A program made the translations under genes and the position numbers. 64,000 nt of DNA from assembly GCA_964016885.1 (NCBI GenBank), contig OZ024740.1:150846001-150910000 (forward strand). Reading direction: 5' to 3'. Source of the DNA: Eledone cirrhosa. Its lineage: Eukaryota. Position 1 is the first letter of the stretch, and each line of letters opens with the position of its first letter. Shown here piece by piece: positions 53,386-64,000 of the stretch. The notes below the pieces were generated by a model. It ran no database searches, was not told the DNA's origin, and saw nothing but the letters and a program-made list of their open reading frames with translations.

Positions 53386-55388
53386 TTACCTTACTTCTCG
53401 TAGAGGAAGGACGATTTTTCCATCCTTTTCACTGCTTGTGGCCTCCTCAGGAAGGATGTCCTTATAAATCCTCCTGGAGAGTGCTTGTCGGAAGTCTCCG
53501 ATGTCTTTGGGGAATTTTTGTTTTAGTGTCATGTACGTTTTCTGTGTGATGCGAGTGATTTGTATGTGTGGAGGTGGTGTGAATTTTGGGGTTGTTGTGT
53601 AGTCTTTTTCTGTGATGCTGGTGTTGTGTTGGATGTAGTGTAATAATTGCTTGTTGTTCAAATTTAATGCTGTGTAGTGTGTATCGTTTTGGTTGTTTTG
53701 TTTTGTTTGCGTTTGTTGTGGGTTTGTTTCTGTTTCGCATTTTGGTGACTTTTGTGGTGTAGGTGATGGTGGTGTTGGGGTTAATGATGGTGATGGTGTT
53801 GGTGTTTGGGTTGATGGGGTCGGTGATGCTGGTGTGGATGGTGGCATATCTGTCCTAACTTTTTTGTTTCTTAATTTATTTGTTTCCCTCTGTATTTTGT
53901 TTTTGGAGGGGGAAGGAAGAGAATTTTTTCTTTTTTGGTTTCTTTTTTTTTTCCGGATATCGTTTCCCACTCCTCGTCGTCACAATCTGTCTCCAGTTGC
54001 GATAGGCCGGGGAGTGGAAAATCCTCCACAGCCGTTAGTTTTGGTTGTGGTGTGGTGGATGGTGTAGGCGCTGGTGGTAGTTCTGAAGCGTTGGGTGGTG
54101 GTGGTGTTGGTTTTGCTGGTGGTGGTAGTGGTGTTGGTTTTGCTACTGTTGCTGGGGTTGTTGCTGTTATAGTTGCTTCTGTTGTTGCTGCTACAGTTGT
54201 TGCTGCCATCTCTGCTACTGGTGGTGTTGATGGTTGTGTCACTGGGGTGGGTAGGAGAGGTGGCCTCAACCTTTTAGCCTGAGGGCAGAAAGCCCTTAGG
54301 TGGGTTCCTTCACCACAAACGACACACCTAGGTCTTCTGCCCTCGACAATTACCGTGAGGTGGCTGCCGTCAGTGAGGTCTATTACCTCTGGGATCTCCT
54401 CAATGCTTTTTTGGTCCGCTTGGATCAGGAGCTCCATCCCAGATCCGGACCAGTTTTCCTGCTTTTCTTTTGCTATTGCTATTATTTTCGTGTTGGCTTC
54501 GATGCCGGCGAGGACAGCCGCTATTAGCCAGGGAATTTCGATGGCCGGTGGAACATGGGTCACCCTGATCTTTACGAGTCTCTGGCCACAATAGCTTGGG
54601 ACGAGTGTGAAGTCGTCACTTTTTAATGGGGCCATGGAGTGTTCTCTAGCCTCCTCTGGTGTTTCCAAGAACACATCCACGGCTCCATACTTTTGCCCAC
54701 GTCTGATGTGGGTTTTTCTTGCCCACACATGTCCCAAAGCTTTTTGGATTTGGGACTCGGATGCCCGTTCCACTCGGCGCGATTTTACATTTATTGTTCT
54801 ATACGACACGGTGCATAGGCGCCAATGCTCCATTTTATTAGGTGGGGGGGGGGGGGGGAGGCTGACCCTGTACCCATCTTTCTTTACCATTTGTTTGGCA
54901 TTTTCTAAATCCTCCTGAGTTACCGTGAATGCTTCGAACTGTTTTGCTACTATGGCGAAACTGAGGGTCGGTTTTATAATGTCATTGTTGTTGTTGTTGC
55001 TACCGTTATTTGTGTTAATATTAATTTTAGTTTCAGTTGTGGTGGTGGTGACGTCAGTCGTCTTTGGTGCGGAAGAGTCCATTTTGCTTGATTTCATTTC
55101 GACATCACGAGTTAATTTATTTTTGTCTTCTTTTTTTTCTGTTGTCGCGGTGGTGGTGGGGGTGGTGGTTGTTGCGGTGGTGGTGGTGGTGGTGGAGGCT
55201 TTAACACCTGCAGTCATTGGTAATGGCGGGAAATGAATGTCTGCCTGAGACAAATTTAAAATATTGCTAGTGCTTATATTTTTTTTCGTGTTGGCAAACG
55301 TAGTAACATTTACAATGGTGGTGTCGGTGTGAGGTGTTAATTTGTGAGGAAGGCTTTCAGCTGCTTCGTGCAGAGGTGAATTAGCCAT
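53386..55388 (-). pseudogene. ORF1 of copy C (gag-like zinc knuckle), frameshift near the poly-T at ~53945
   Basis: C-x2-C-x4-H-x4-C motif (CVVCGEGTHLRAFC) and Thr/Pro-rich linkers. Copy B is continuous across the frameshift. Likely ATG at 55388. Confidence 0.88.
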
Positions 55389-55596
55389 TTTTTTCAAAGA
55401 AATTTTTTTGATAATAATAAAAGTTTAAATTTTGGGCACAAGGCCCCAATCTTTTTGGGTGTCCTTTTCGGAAAACAATGTATGTGCGCTTATAAACAGT
55501 TAACAATAAAATTTTCCATAAATGACAATTTTTAACAAACGGAAATAACAAACCTTTGCGGAGCTCACGATGATACGATTTACTACGTAGGTCGCC

Positions 55597-55637
<41 letters not shown>

Positions 55638-55644
55638 TAAAAAT

Positions 55645-55837
55645 AATAATTGTTTCTACTTTTGGCACAAGGCCAGCAATTATATCAGTGTATTACTGGT
55701 ACTTTATTTTATCGACCCTGTATGGATGAAAGGCAAAGTTAACCTCGGCGGGATTTGAACTCAGACCATAAAGAGCCGTAACTCTTTGCTGCAAAGCATG
55801 GTGTCCGACCCTCTACCGATACTGCCAATCGACCGCC
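55645..55837 (-). mobile_element. Full-length tRNA/CORE-type SINE with 19-bp TSD
   Basis: A box tggcagtatcgg, B box gagttcaaatcc and ATT tail. TSD taaaaataaaaataataat at 55632 and 55840. Confidence 0.88.
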
Positions 55838-55854
55838 CTTAAAAATAAAAATAA

Positions 55855-56110
55855 TAATAATTGTTTATATTTTTAGTACAAGGCCAGCAATTATCCTAGT
55901 GTATTCTTCTTGTGACGCTAAACCCCGCCATTTACAGACTGCAAATTAACATTGATCACAAGCAGCAGAATTCAAAGAGCAAAGGTCAAGTCCAATCCAT
56001 AAATTGACATTGTCAAGCCATCGTTTTTGCTGCCGGCCTCTGCTTCTCTTACATTACATGAACTTTATTTTATCGACCCCGTAAGGATGAAAGGCAAAGT
56101 TAACCTCAGC
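55855..56110 (-). mobile_element. Partial SINE of the same family interrupted by an RTE 3' fragment (55904-56055)
   Basis: SINE tail and core segments flank an insert that translates to RSRGRQQKRWLDNV and ends in gaagaa. Confidence 0.7.
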
Positions 56111-56111
56111 A

Positions 56112-56790
56112 AATTGTTTCATTTATTGGCCACAAGGGCCGACATATAGAAGACAAAACACTAAACGGTGACAGTTGGATTTTTACATTAAAAAATCAAG
56201 CAATGAATATAAAAACAATAACAATCAACAAGAAAAATACATACAACAGAGGAGATAACCACCCGAGGGCGACTCAGGTACCACACTAATCATGAACCGC
56301 CCGACGCTTCATGAACCACGCCTCTCCTCCACAAATTAGTCAGCCTACAGGCGCATGCCCAGGGTAAGCACATTTACACAGGCCATTCTCGTTACATTAA
56401 CCTTTCAGCAAATGTACTGAGGAAGGGGTGGCAGCATTTCTCTCTCAACCCTCAACTTCCATTCCAAGTGGAACTTGAAAAACTGGATGACGGATCGGCC
56501 TGTAGATACTTGCTTTGTATTGAGGGGAGAAATCTCTCAAGTGGACCGTCTGCCCACAGATGGCAGCGAGGATTCTCCCCCCCCCCCCCAGCAGTGGTAT
56601 GGAGTTCCATTTCCCACGCCAAGCAAATGAAGTCTGGGATATCTTCAATCTTCTCTGGTTTGATGTGGAGGAGTAACACCCAGACCAGTTTTCCTCTCTG
56701 TTCTCTCTACCTCGACGTCCAGGCGGGTCAGCATCCACTAGATATCCAGCTGTGGTAGGATTGCTGTTATTCTGACCTTTATGGTATAAC
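56112..56790 (-). mobile_element. Internally deleted Tx1 copy D (ORF1 knuckle region fused to family-1 ORF2 end and 3'UTR)
   Basis: 56115-56490 aligns with 40730-41120. IEDIPDFICL..PRCHL resembles ORF1. Confidence 0.75.
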
Positions 56791-57763
56791 ATCTTTACTC
56801 ACACAGACACACACGCCCCCCTCCCAATATATATATATATATGTATAGAACATCTTATACAAAATAACTGAGGGGTAGTTCCCAATAAAGTAATCTAAAA
56901 TAAGAACACTCCACATGCATCTCTTTCTAGAAATATAGTCTAGTTGAGCAGTCTAAAGCTGGAACGCTTCACTAAGATCCCTTACTGAAGATTCAAGATC
57001 AAGAATATCTTATTGTCACAAGATTAACAACGACATATTAGCTGGGTCTTCTTGTTCTTTAGACAAATCAAAGGCAGCACAAACGTGACTGTCCCGTCTT
57101 CTTATGTACAGAGAACCCAAAAGTACATTAACTAATGCAACCTTCTCGATGACATTGTGTGTGTATTGTGTGTAAAGGAGATTGAAAATACTGTTTGTTA
57201 TTGATAGTAAGTCGACCAATCACATTCGTAGTTGTTAATATCTAACTTTAGGTCAACTTCGGTCGAGCGGTCCTATGATGAAAGATCTTAAATCGTGACC
57301 ATCTTGTAAACCCAGAACCACAATATCCAATATTTACTTTTCTAAGAGATAGAGTGAGATTTATCTGCTATATATAACAGGTTGAACAATCACTTAGAAA
57401 TATCATCGTGATGTGCTATGTATTTATTTAGCATTGATGATCTCGAGTGTAGGGAAATGGTGTTGTGTTGTGTCAGGATAAATATTTCTCAGAAGATATA
57501 TCGGCTTGAGGCAAAAAGTGTTCATGATACGACCAACGGTCCAATTTAAGGATCTCATATAGCATTTGCCAGTAGCATTTACACATATACTTGATATCAA
57601 TATAGAATATAGTTATGATTTTCTATGTGCCTATAAATATGTACCAAAATATCTTTGGATCAATAAGTCATTTAGACTAATTGTCACTATCTATCTATCT
57701 ATCTATCTATCTATTTATCTATCCATATATTGACTATATATATAACCACTAATAATCGTTATT

Positions 57764-57953
57764 AATAATTGTTTCTACTTTAGGCACAAGGCCAGCAATT
57801 ACCCAGTGCATTACTGGTACTTTATTTTATCGACCCCGTAAGGATCAAAGGCAGAGTCAACCTCGGCGGGATTTGAACTCAGATCGTAAAGGGACGTAAC
57901 TATGCTGGAAAGCAAGGCGTCCGACCCTCTACCGATACTGCCAATACACCGCC
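57764..57953 (-). mobile_element. Full-length SINE with 14-bp TSD
   Basis: Colinear with 55645-55837. TSD tcgttattaataat at 57756 and 57954. Confidence 0.88.
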
Positions 57954-58151
57954 TCGTTATTAATAATGGTGTAAGAATCCAGTATCGAGTGCTCAAACTG
58001 GTGTAGCACGTGTAAGTAACGTTGCACACCTAACAACTGTATATATATATATATATATATAATGGAAAAATTTGAACAGGAACAAAACAGAGAGGCAGTA
58101 CAACGAATGTTTATTAATTTCACGCTCTGGAGAGTGGGGTGTTGGTGGGGA

Positions 58152-58183
58152 ACGACTTTTCGGGCATAAGCCCTTCCTCAGGT
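58152..58183 (-). ncRNA. Minimal hammerhead in the 3' pLTR
   Basis: AC-CTGAGGA-agggc ttat gccc-GAAA-AG-TC-GT. Confidence 0.65.
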
Positions 58184-59700
58184 GAGAAGTATGTGGGAAC
58201 AGAGTTCAAAGGGTGTGTAGGGGAGTGGTGGAGAGACATATAGCGAAAGGAAACGGTGCGAATGGAATTAAAAAAAATAAAAATAAAAATAAATCATGAT
58301 CAAAATACAAAGAATGAAATAAAATTTAAATATAAAAGCATGATCAGAATAAACTGAAATTAAAAGGGGGGTAAAACAGGTGGTGGAAGGTTGTGGGGTG
58401 TGTAGGGGTGCTGGCGGGTGGAGTGGGGAGAGGGAAACGGGGTGTCCGAGCGGGGAGGGCTGAAGGTGGTGTGTGTGTGTAGGTGTACGTGTGTGTGTGT
58501 GTGTGTGTGTGTATGTGAAAGTAAGGGTTGGGGAAGAACGGGGTTGCATGTTCAGGAAGAGGTGTGTGTGTGTGTGGGGGGGGGGGTTGTAGGTCGGAGT
58601 GTCTGTGCGTGTGTGGATAGAGGGGTGGGGGGGAGAGGTATCAGGAGGCTGAGGGTGTAAATATGTGGTGGAAAGCACGTGTGTGTGGGGTTTAAGCGTG
58701 TTGTGGGTGTAGGTGGCGTGTGGAGAAAAAAAATTTTTTTGGGGTGTGTGTGTGGTTGAGTTATATAGGTGATTACGTAAGAGGATGGTTGAAAAGTTGG
58801 TAACATCCGATGATGTTTAGTGGATTCTGTGGTGGTCAAGTTCTACGTATGAGTATTCCATGAAGCGATGGTCGGAAGAGGAGAGATGTGGGGTGCGCGC
58901 GCAACAGGAAGTGGTCAAGCAGTGGGAGTGCTGTGTGTCTGTTTGTGCTGGGAGGTGGTCAGAGGGCTTAGCAGCAGTCGGTGGAATGGTAAAGGGGCGA
59001 GGATGGGTAGGTGTGAAAGTTGGAGAGAGGAGGGTGTGTGTGTGTGTATTAGTAGAGGTGTTAGTGGGATGAGTGAGTGTGGAGCGAGGGTGTGGGTGGA
59101 GAGGGGAGAGAAGGGTGTGTGTAGGTTTATGGAGGGAGTGTGGTGCACTGGTGTGTGTGTAGTTTGATGAAGGGGTGTTAGTGGGTGTTAGTATACGGGA
59201 GGTGGGGAGGGGTTGAATGCAGGTGTGAGTGGGGGTTAGTGGTGGTAGGGTGTGTAGAGTTGGTGGTGTACGAGGGTGTGTGGGTACGTGTGCGTGGGGT
59301 TGGGGGTGTTAGTGATGTTAGTTGCGTGTGGGGTGGGTGGTGTAAGTGGGTGCGTGTGTTCGTGTGCTTGGGGTCAGGGGGTGTTAGTGAGGTTAGTTGC
59401 AGGGTGGGGGGATGGAGGTGTGGGGGTGAGAGGTGTGGGGGTGAGGGTTAGTGGTTGTAGTAGGGTGTGTGTTTAGTGTGAGCGCGTGTATATATGTGCC
59501 GGTGGGTGTGTGCGTGTGACAAGGAGGGGGGAGGAGGAGAAGAAGGGAGGGATGTTAGTATGTTAGTTGGGGAAGGGTGGTCAGATGAGGGGTGGAGTGG
59601 AGGTGTTAGTATTGTTAGTTGTGGGGTGGGCGGTGAAAAGGAGGGGTGTGTTAGTGGTGTTAGTGGGGAATAAGTGTGGGGGGAGGGGGGCGGTCGAAGG

Positions 59701-62700
59701 CTAAAGGAATAAGGGTGGGGAGTTCAGGCCAGGGGGAGTGTGGGTCTGTAATATGAAGATAGTTCTTTGTTCGACTCTAAGGCAATTGGCGGGTGTTCCG
59801 TGGCACTGGAGTAGGCCACAGACTGTGAGATGGCGTGCGGAATGTCCAGGGCCACCAAAGTGGCGGGCGATGGGGGAACTACCCCCGAGACGAATATCCC
59901 GGAGGTGTTCAGTGAATCGGTCCGCCAGGCGACGTCCCGTCTGTCCGACATAAGTCGCGCTGCACGGAGTACTCCCCACCCTTATTCCTTTAGCCTTCGA
60001 CCGCCCCCCTCCCCCACACTTATCCCCCACTAACACCACTAACACACCCTCCTTTTCACCGCCCACCCCACAACTAACAATACTAACACCTCCACTCCAC
60101 CCCTCATCTGACCACCCTTCCCCAACTAACATACTAACATCCCTCCCTTCTTCTCCTCCTACCCCCTCCTTATCACACGCACACACCCACCGGCACATAT
60201 ATACACGCGCTCACACTAAACACACACCCTACTACCACCACTAACCCTCACCCCCACACCTCTCACCCCCACACCTCCATCCCACCACCCCGTAGACTTG
60301 GTTGGAGGAGGTGCAGCGGAAGGCATGCCGGACACAGAGAGAATGGTCGTTGGGACCCTGGAAGGTGGTGGTGTTGGTGATGTGGGGACAGGTGTTGCAG
60401 CGGGGCCTAGAACAGGGAAAGGAACCGGGGGGGGGAACAGAGCGTGGGTTGGGGGGTAGGAAGTTGTGGACGAGGAGGGTGCGGAGATTGCGTGCGCGTT
60501 TGAAGGAGGGGAGTGGTGGGGTTGGGAAGATGTGGGAGGTGGAGGGGTCGGACTGGAGGCGTCGGAAGAGGCGGTGGATGGTGCGGTGGAGGGGTAAGGT
60601 GGAGGGGTGGTAGGTGATGGGGAAGGGGAGACGGTGGGTGGGTGTGCGGTGGCGTGGGGTGAAGGTGGTGGTGCGGGGGACAGCACGGGCGCGGGTGAGA
60701 GCGGTGTGGACGAGAGAGGGGGGGGGGGTAACCTCTGCGGATGAAATGGCTGACTAGGGAAAGGGCCTGGGACTCAAAGTCAGCATCTCGGCTACAGAGG
60801 TGGCGGATCCTGAGAAGTTGGGAGTAGGGAATGGAGTGTTTAGTATGGGTGGGGTGGGAAGAGGTGAGTCGAGGTAAGAGTGGGAGTCGGTGGGTTTGAA
60901 GAAGGTGGAGGTGACGAGAGAGTGGTGGGAGGGGTCGAAGGCGACGCAGATGTCTAAGAAGTGGACGTGGGTGGTGGAGATAGAGGTGGTGAAGTGGAGG
61001 GAGGGGTGGAAGGAGCAGAAGAAGGAGAGGAAGGAGTCAAGCTGTTCTCGGGTGAGGGTCGTGGCTCCGATACAGTCGTCAATGTAACGACCGTACAGTT
61101 CGGGCGTGGGGCCGGTGTACTGGTCAAAGATTTGGGCCTCAACCTTGCCAACAAAAAGGTTGGCATAGTTCGGGCCCATTCTTGTACCCATGGCTACCCC
61201 CGTGACCTGTTGGTAAAACTCACCCGAGAAGGAGAAACAATTCAGGATGAGGACCAGCTCGGCGAGGCTAAGGAGGGTGGGGGTGGGGGGAATGGGGGAG
61301 GGGCGAAGGTCGAGGTAGTGTTTTAGGGCGCGTAGGCCGTCGGCGTGGGGCATGAAGGTATAGAGGCACTTGATGTCTAGGGTGAAGAGGAAGGGCTGTG
61401 GGCCGGGTGGGTAGGTGAAGGAGTCGAAAAGGCGCAGGGCGTGGTTGGTGTCGGAGATGTGGGAGGGGAGGGTGGTGACAAGTAGGGCGAGGATGGAGTA
61501 GAGAAAGGCGGAGATGAGTTCGTTGGGGCAGTTGCAAGCGGAGACGATGGGGCGGCCGGGGTTGTCGGGTTTTTGGAGTTTGGGGAGGAAGTAGATGGTT
61601 GGGGTGCGGGTAGTGCGGACGATGAGGTGGGAAGCGGTGGGGGGGGGGAGGAGGCGATAAGGTCTTTGATGGTGGAGGAGACTTGTTGTTGGTAGAGGGA
61701 GGTGGGATAGGAGGGTAGAGGGCGGTAGAAGAAGGGGTTACAGAGCTGCCTGAGGGCTTCGGCCGTGTAGAGGTCCACGCGCCTCCCTTGTCCGCCGGTT
61801 TGATGACGATGTCATCTCGGCTACGGAGGGAGCGGAGAGCGAGGAGTTCGCCCCGTGAGATGTTGTACCGTTTGGAACGGTGGCGGAAGTCGAAACGATT
61901 TACTGCGCTACGGCTGGCATCGACAAAGGCGTCCAGGGTGCTAAATTGCCCTGGGGCCGGCGTCCGAGAAGATGGTCGTTGGCTCAGGGCGAGAAACGGG
62001 TCTGGGGCGTCCGGAGCCGGTGACGTTCGGCCGAAATGTGCCTGTAGCTTAGTGCGTCGCACGAATCGCTCGACTTCCGTTCGGGTGCGGAACTCGTCGC
62101 TGTGCGGAGTGTGGGGTATGAAGCGAAGGCCTCTACTAAGGAGTGAGCGCTCAGGTGCGGAGAGGGGGAGGTCAGGGGGGATGGTGACAACAAGTGGTGG
62201 TGTTTGGGTGTTAGGGGTTGTGAGGTGGAGTGGGGTGATTAGGTGGGTGGGGGGGGAGTGAGTGTAGCTTGCGGGCTTTGGTGGAGCTGAGGAAGGAGAA
62301 GAGGTTGTGGTTGAGGTTTTGGATGAAGGAGAGGATGGCTTGGGCGAGGAGGGGGTGGCAGGTGGAGTTAAGGCGGAGGAGGGAGGGGGTCAGTTGGTGG
62401 TCAAGTTGGCGGAGGGTGGAACCGTAGGCGCGGATGGAGTTGCGCATCAGGAGGCGTGAGGATCGGCTGAGGATACGTTGCGTGGGTGGGGGGGGGAGCG
62501 GCGGGGGCAGGGTGGAAGTGTAGACGGAAGCCGAGGGGGATAAGGTGGAGGCGGAGGCAGTGGCTGAGGAAATGGATGTGGCTGGAGTGCCGGGTTTTGG
62601 CGAAGAGAAGGTAGGAGAACTGAAGGGCAGAGGGGAGATAGCAGAGTGGGAGGAGGGGGGGTGAGGAAAAGTTTGAGGCGATTATGTAGTTGGTGGAGAA

Positions 62701-62717
62701 AGGATCTCAGGCTGGGC
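59701..62717 (-). pseudogene. PLE RT and GIY-YIG ORF, frameshifted
   Basis: IVIKPADKGG, FYQQVTGVAMGTRMGPNYANLF, RYIDD, FLDI, CSRPRCNTCP, CTSSNQVY, YVGQTGRRLADRFTEH, PPGLN. Confidence 0.9.
59971..60290 (+). repeat. Inverted copy of 59401-59723 inside the GIY-YIG domain
   Basis: Near-identical reverse complement of ~320 bp. Confidence 0.92.
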
Positions 62718-63234
62718 ATGGTGGGCGTTGGGTGAAAGCAGGGGGATGGATGAGAAGGCAGGGGTGTGAAGCGGGGTGGAGTGAACGAAGGAGTGAGTGC
62801 GAAGGATAGGCAGAGACGGGGAAGGGAAAATGAAACAGAAAAACGTAGGGAGGGGGGAGTAAACACAGGAAAATTAAAGACAAAAAATCATAAAGGTAAA
62901 AACACAGGCAATCGTGAACAAAAAATCATAGAAATAAAATTGTAAGAACACAGGCAAGGAATCATATACGGAAATAAACAAGTACAGTAACAAAATCAAA
63001 CAGAGGTAATGCGTGGAAGGAAAGACCAAGTGTGGGAAGGTGTGTAAAGTTCGGAGAAAGGTCACGGCGGATTAGATCGGGGTTGAGCCGGTATTTAAGT
63101 TATGTTCCAAGGAATGGAAGCCGTGTGAGCGTGTATTATATATAATGGAAAAATTTGAACAGGAACAAAACAGAGAGGCAGTACAACGAATGTTTATTAA
63201 TTTCACGCTCTGGAGAGTGGGGTGTTGGTGGGGA

Positions 63235-63266
63235 ACGACGTTTCGGGCATAAGCCCTTCCTCAAGT
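63235..63266 (-). ncRNA. Minimal hammerhead in the 5' pLTR
   Basis: AC-TTGAGGA-agggc ttat gccc-GAAA-CG-TC-GT. Confidence 0.6.
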
Positions 63267-63371
63267 GAGAAGTGCGTGGGAACAGAGTTCAAAGGGTGTG
63301 TAGGGGAGTGGTGGAGAGACATATAGCGAAAGGAAACGGTGCGAATGAAATACAGTTGTTAGGTCCCTTTT

Positions 63372-63437
<66 letters not shown>

Positions 63438-63479
63438 AGAAAACAAAAAATCAGTGATGCATCTGGACTTAGTTTATTT

Positions 63480-63570
63480 CGTGTTACAAATGTTTCGCCG
63501 GGATGTAGCTCGAGTCATGGTCCTTGTATGGATCTGGCTGATTCTACTTCTGCGGGTTCTTTCAGACACG
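63480..63570 (-). ncRNA. Type I hammerhead, core variant CUGAAAGA, long stem II
   Basis: Stem I CGTGT/ACACG, stem II ccg..gtag/ctac..cgg, GAAA-CA-tt-TG-TA (GUA site). Confidence 0.68.
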
Positions 63571-64000
63571 GGTGTTATGTCCGGATCAAATTTTATCACT
63601 GGGGTGTTATCAAAACAACACCCTCAAAAAACCCTCTTTCCACACCTGTCATGCCATTGGCTGTTTTTACTCCACGTCATCACAAGTTCTGGTCAGTATC
63701 TGCTGCCACACGGTTTATCAACCATTTTCCGTCCGACACATTTCAATGGAGTCATGCTGGGTTCAGTACTTCACACGTCTGCTCACACTTCAGGGTAAGC
63801 ACCCACACATACTAGAATAAACACATAGTAACACACACACATTCAGACACATACCTATCTATGCATTCACACTCGTACGTCTACATGCGCAGACACCCAC
63901 ACCGCCACATACATCGCAGTATATATACTCACACACCCTCTCTCCCTTACTCCCATGGACCCAGTCACAGACACTTGTTAATACATACCGCCACGAGCCT

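Larger units (their letters stand above)
49690..55596 (-). mobile_element. Tx1/L1-clade LINE copy C (family 2), full length
   Basis: 5'UTR, ORF1, 34-nt spacer, ORF2, 3'UTR and (ATT)n tail. Flanked by (AAT)n on both sides. Confidence 0.93.
58056..63347 (-). mobile_element. Near full-length Penelope-like element (Neptune-like) bounded by ~209 bp direct pLTRs
   Basis: Direct repeats at 58056-58264 / 63139-63347, frameshifted RT and GIY-YIG, and (TA)n on both sides. Confidence 0.9.

Noticed and set aside
41176-55236. Plus-strand ORFs within the LINE train
   Set aside because: They are antisense shadows of the GC-richer LINE coding sequence.
55400-55596. HDV-like ribozyme in the Tx1 5'UTR
   Set aside because: The region is AT-rich and I could not build the nested double pseudoknot by eye.
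55645-57953. tRNA genes at A/B-box sites
   Set aside because: They lack a cloverleaf and have a SINE core, tail and TSDs.
58056-63347. LTR retrotransposon, suggested by the direct terminal repeats
   Set aside because: It has no TG..CA ends, gag, protease or integrase. RT plus GIY-YIG and hammerheads identify a PLE.

Overview
AT-rich, microsatellite-dense animal genomic DNA. The tRNA/CORE-type SINEs and repeat landscape suggest an octopus or other cephalopod, which is an inference and not a database match. No host gene can be supported. Main contents: (1) a ~16 kb head-to-tail train (40.7-56.8 kb, minus strand) of L1/Tx1-clade LINEs and SINEs, most inserted in the (ATT)n tail of the neighbouring element. 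Both LINE families and the SINE end in a 4-bp stem with an identical CUUGU loop and different, compensating stem sequences, which suggests stringent LINE/SINE 3'-end recognition. (2) Several Penelope-like elements (PLEs) and solo pLTRs lodged in (TA)n tracts, carrying about a dozen hammerhead-ribozyme motifs with very variable stem II, plus recurrent inverted duplications at PLE junctions. (3) Degenerate RTE and R4/Dong LINE remnants, SINEs, a Helentron/HINE-like element and three foldback palindromes. Most short ORFs in the track are microsatellite artefacts. All alignments and folds were done by eye, and the boundaries of degenerate elements are approximate.
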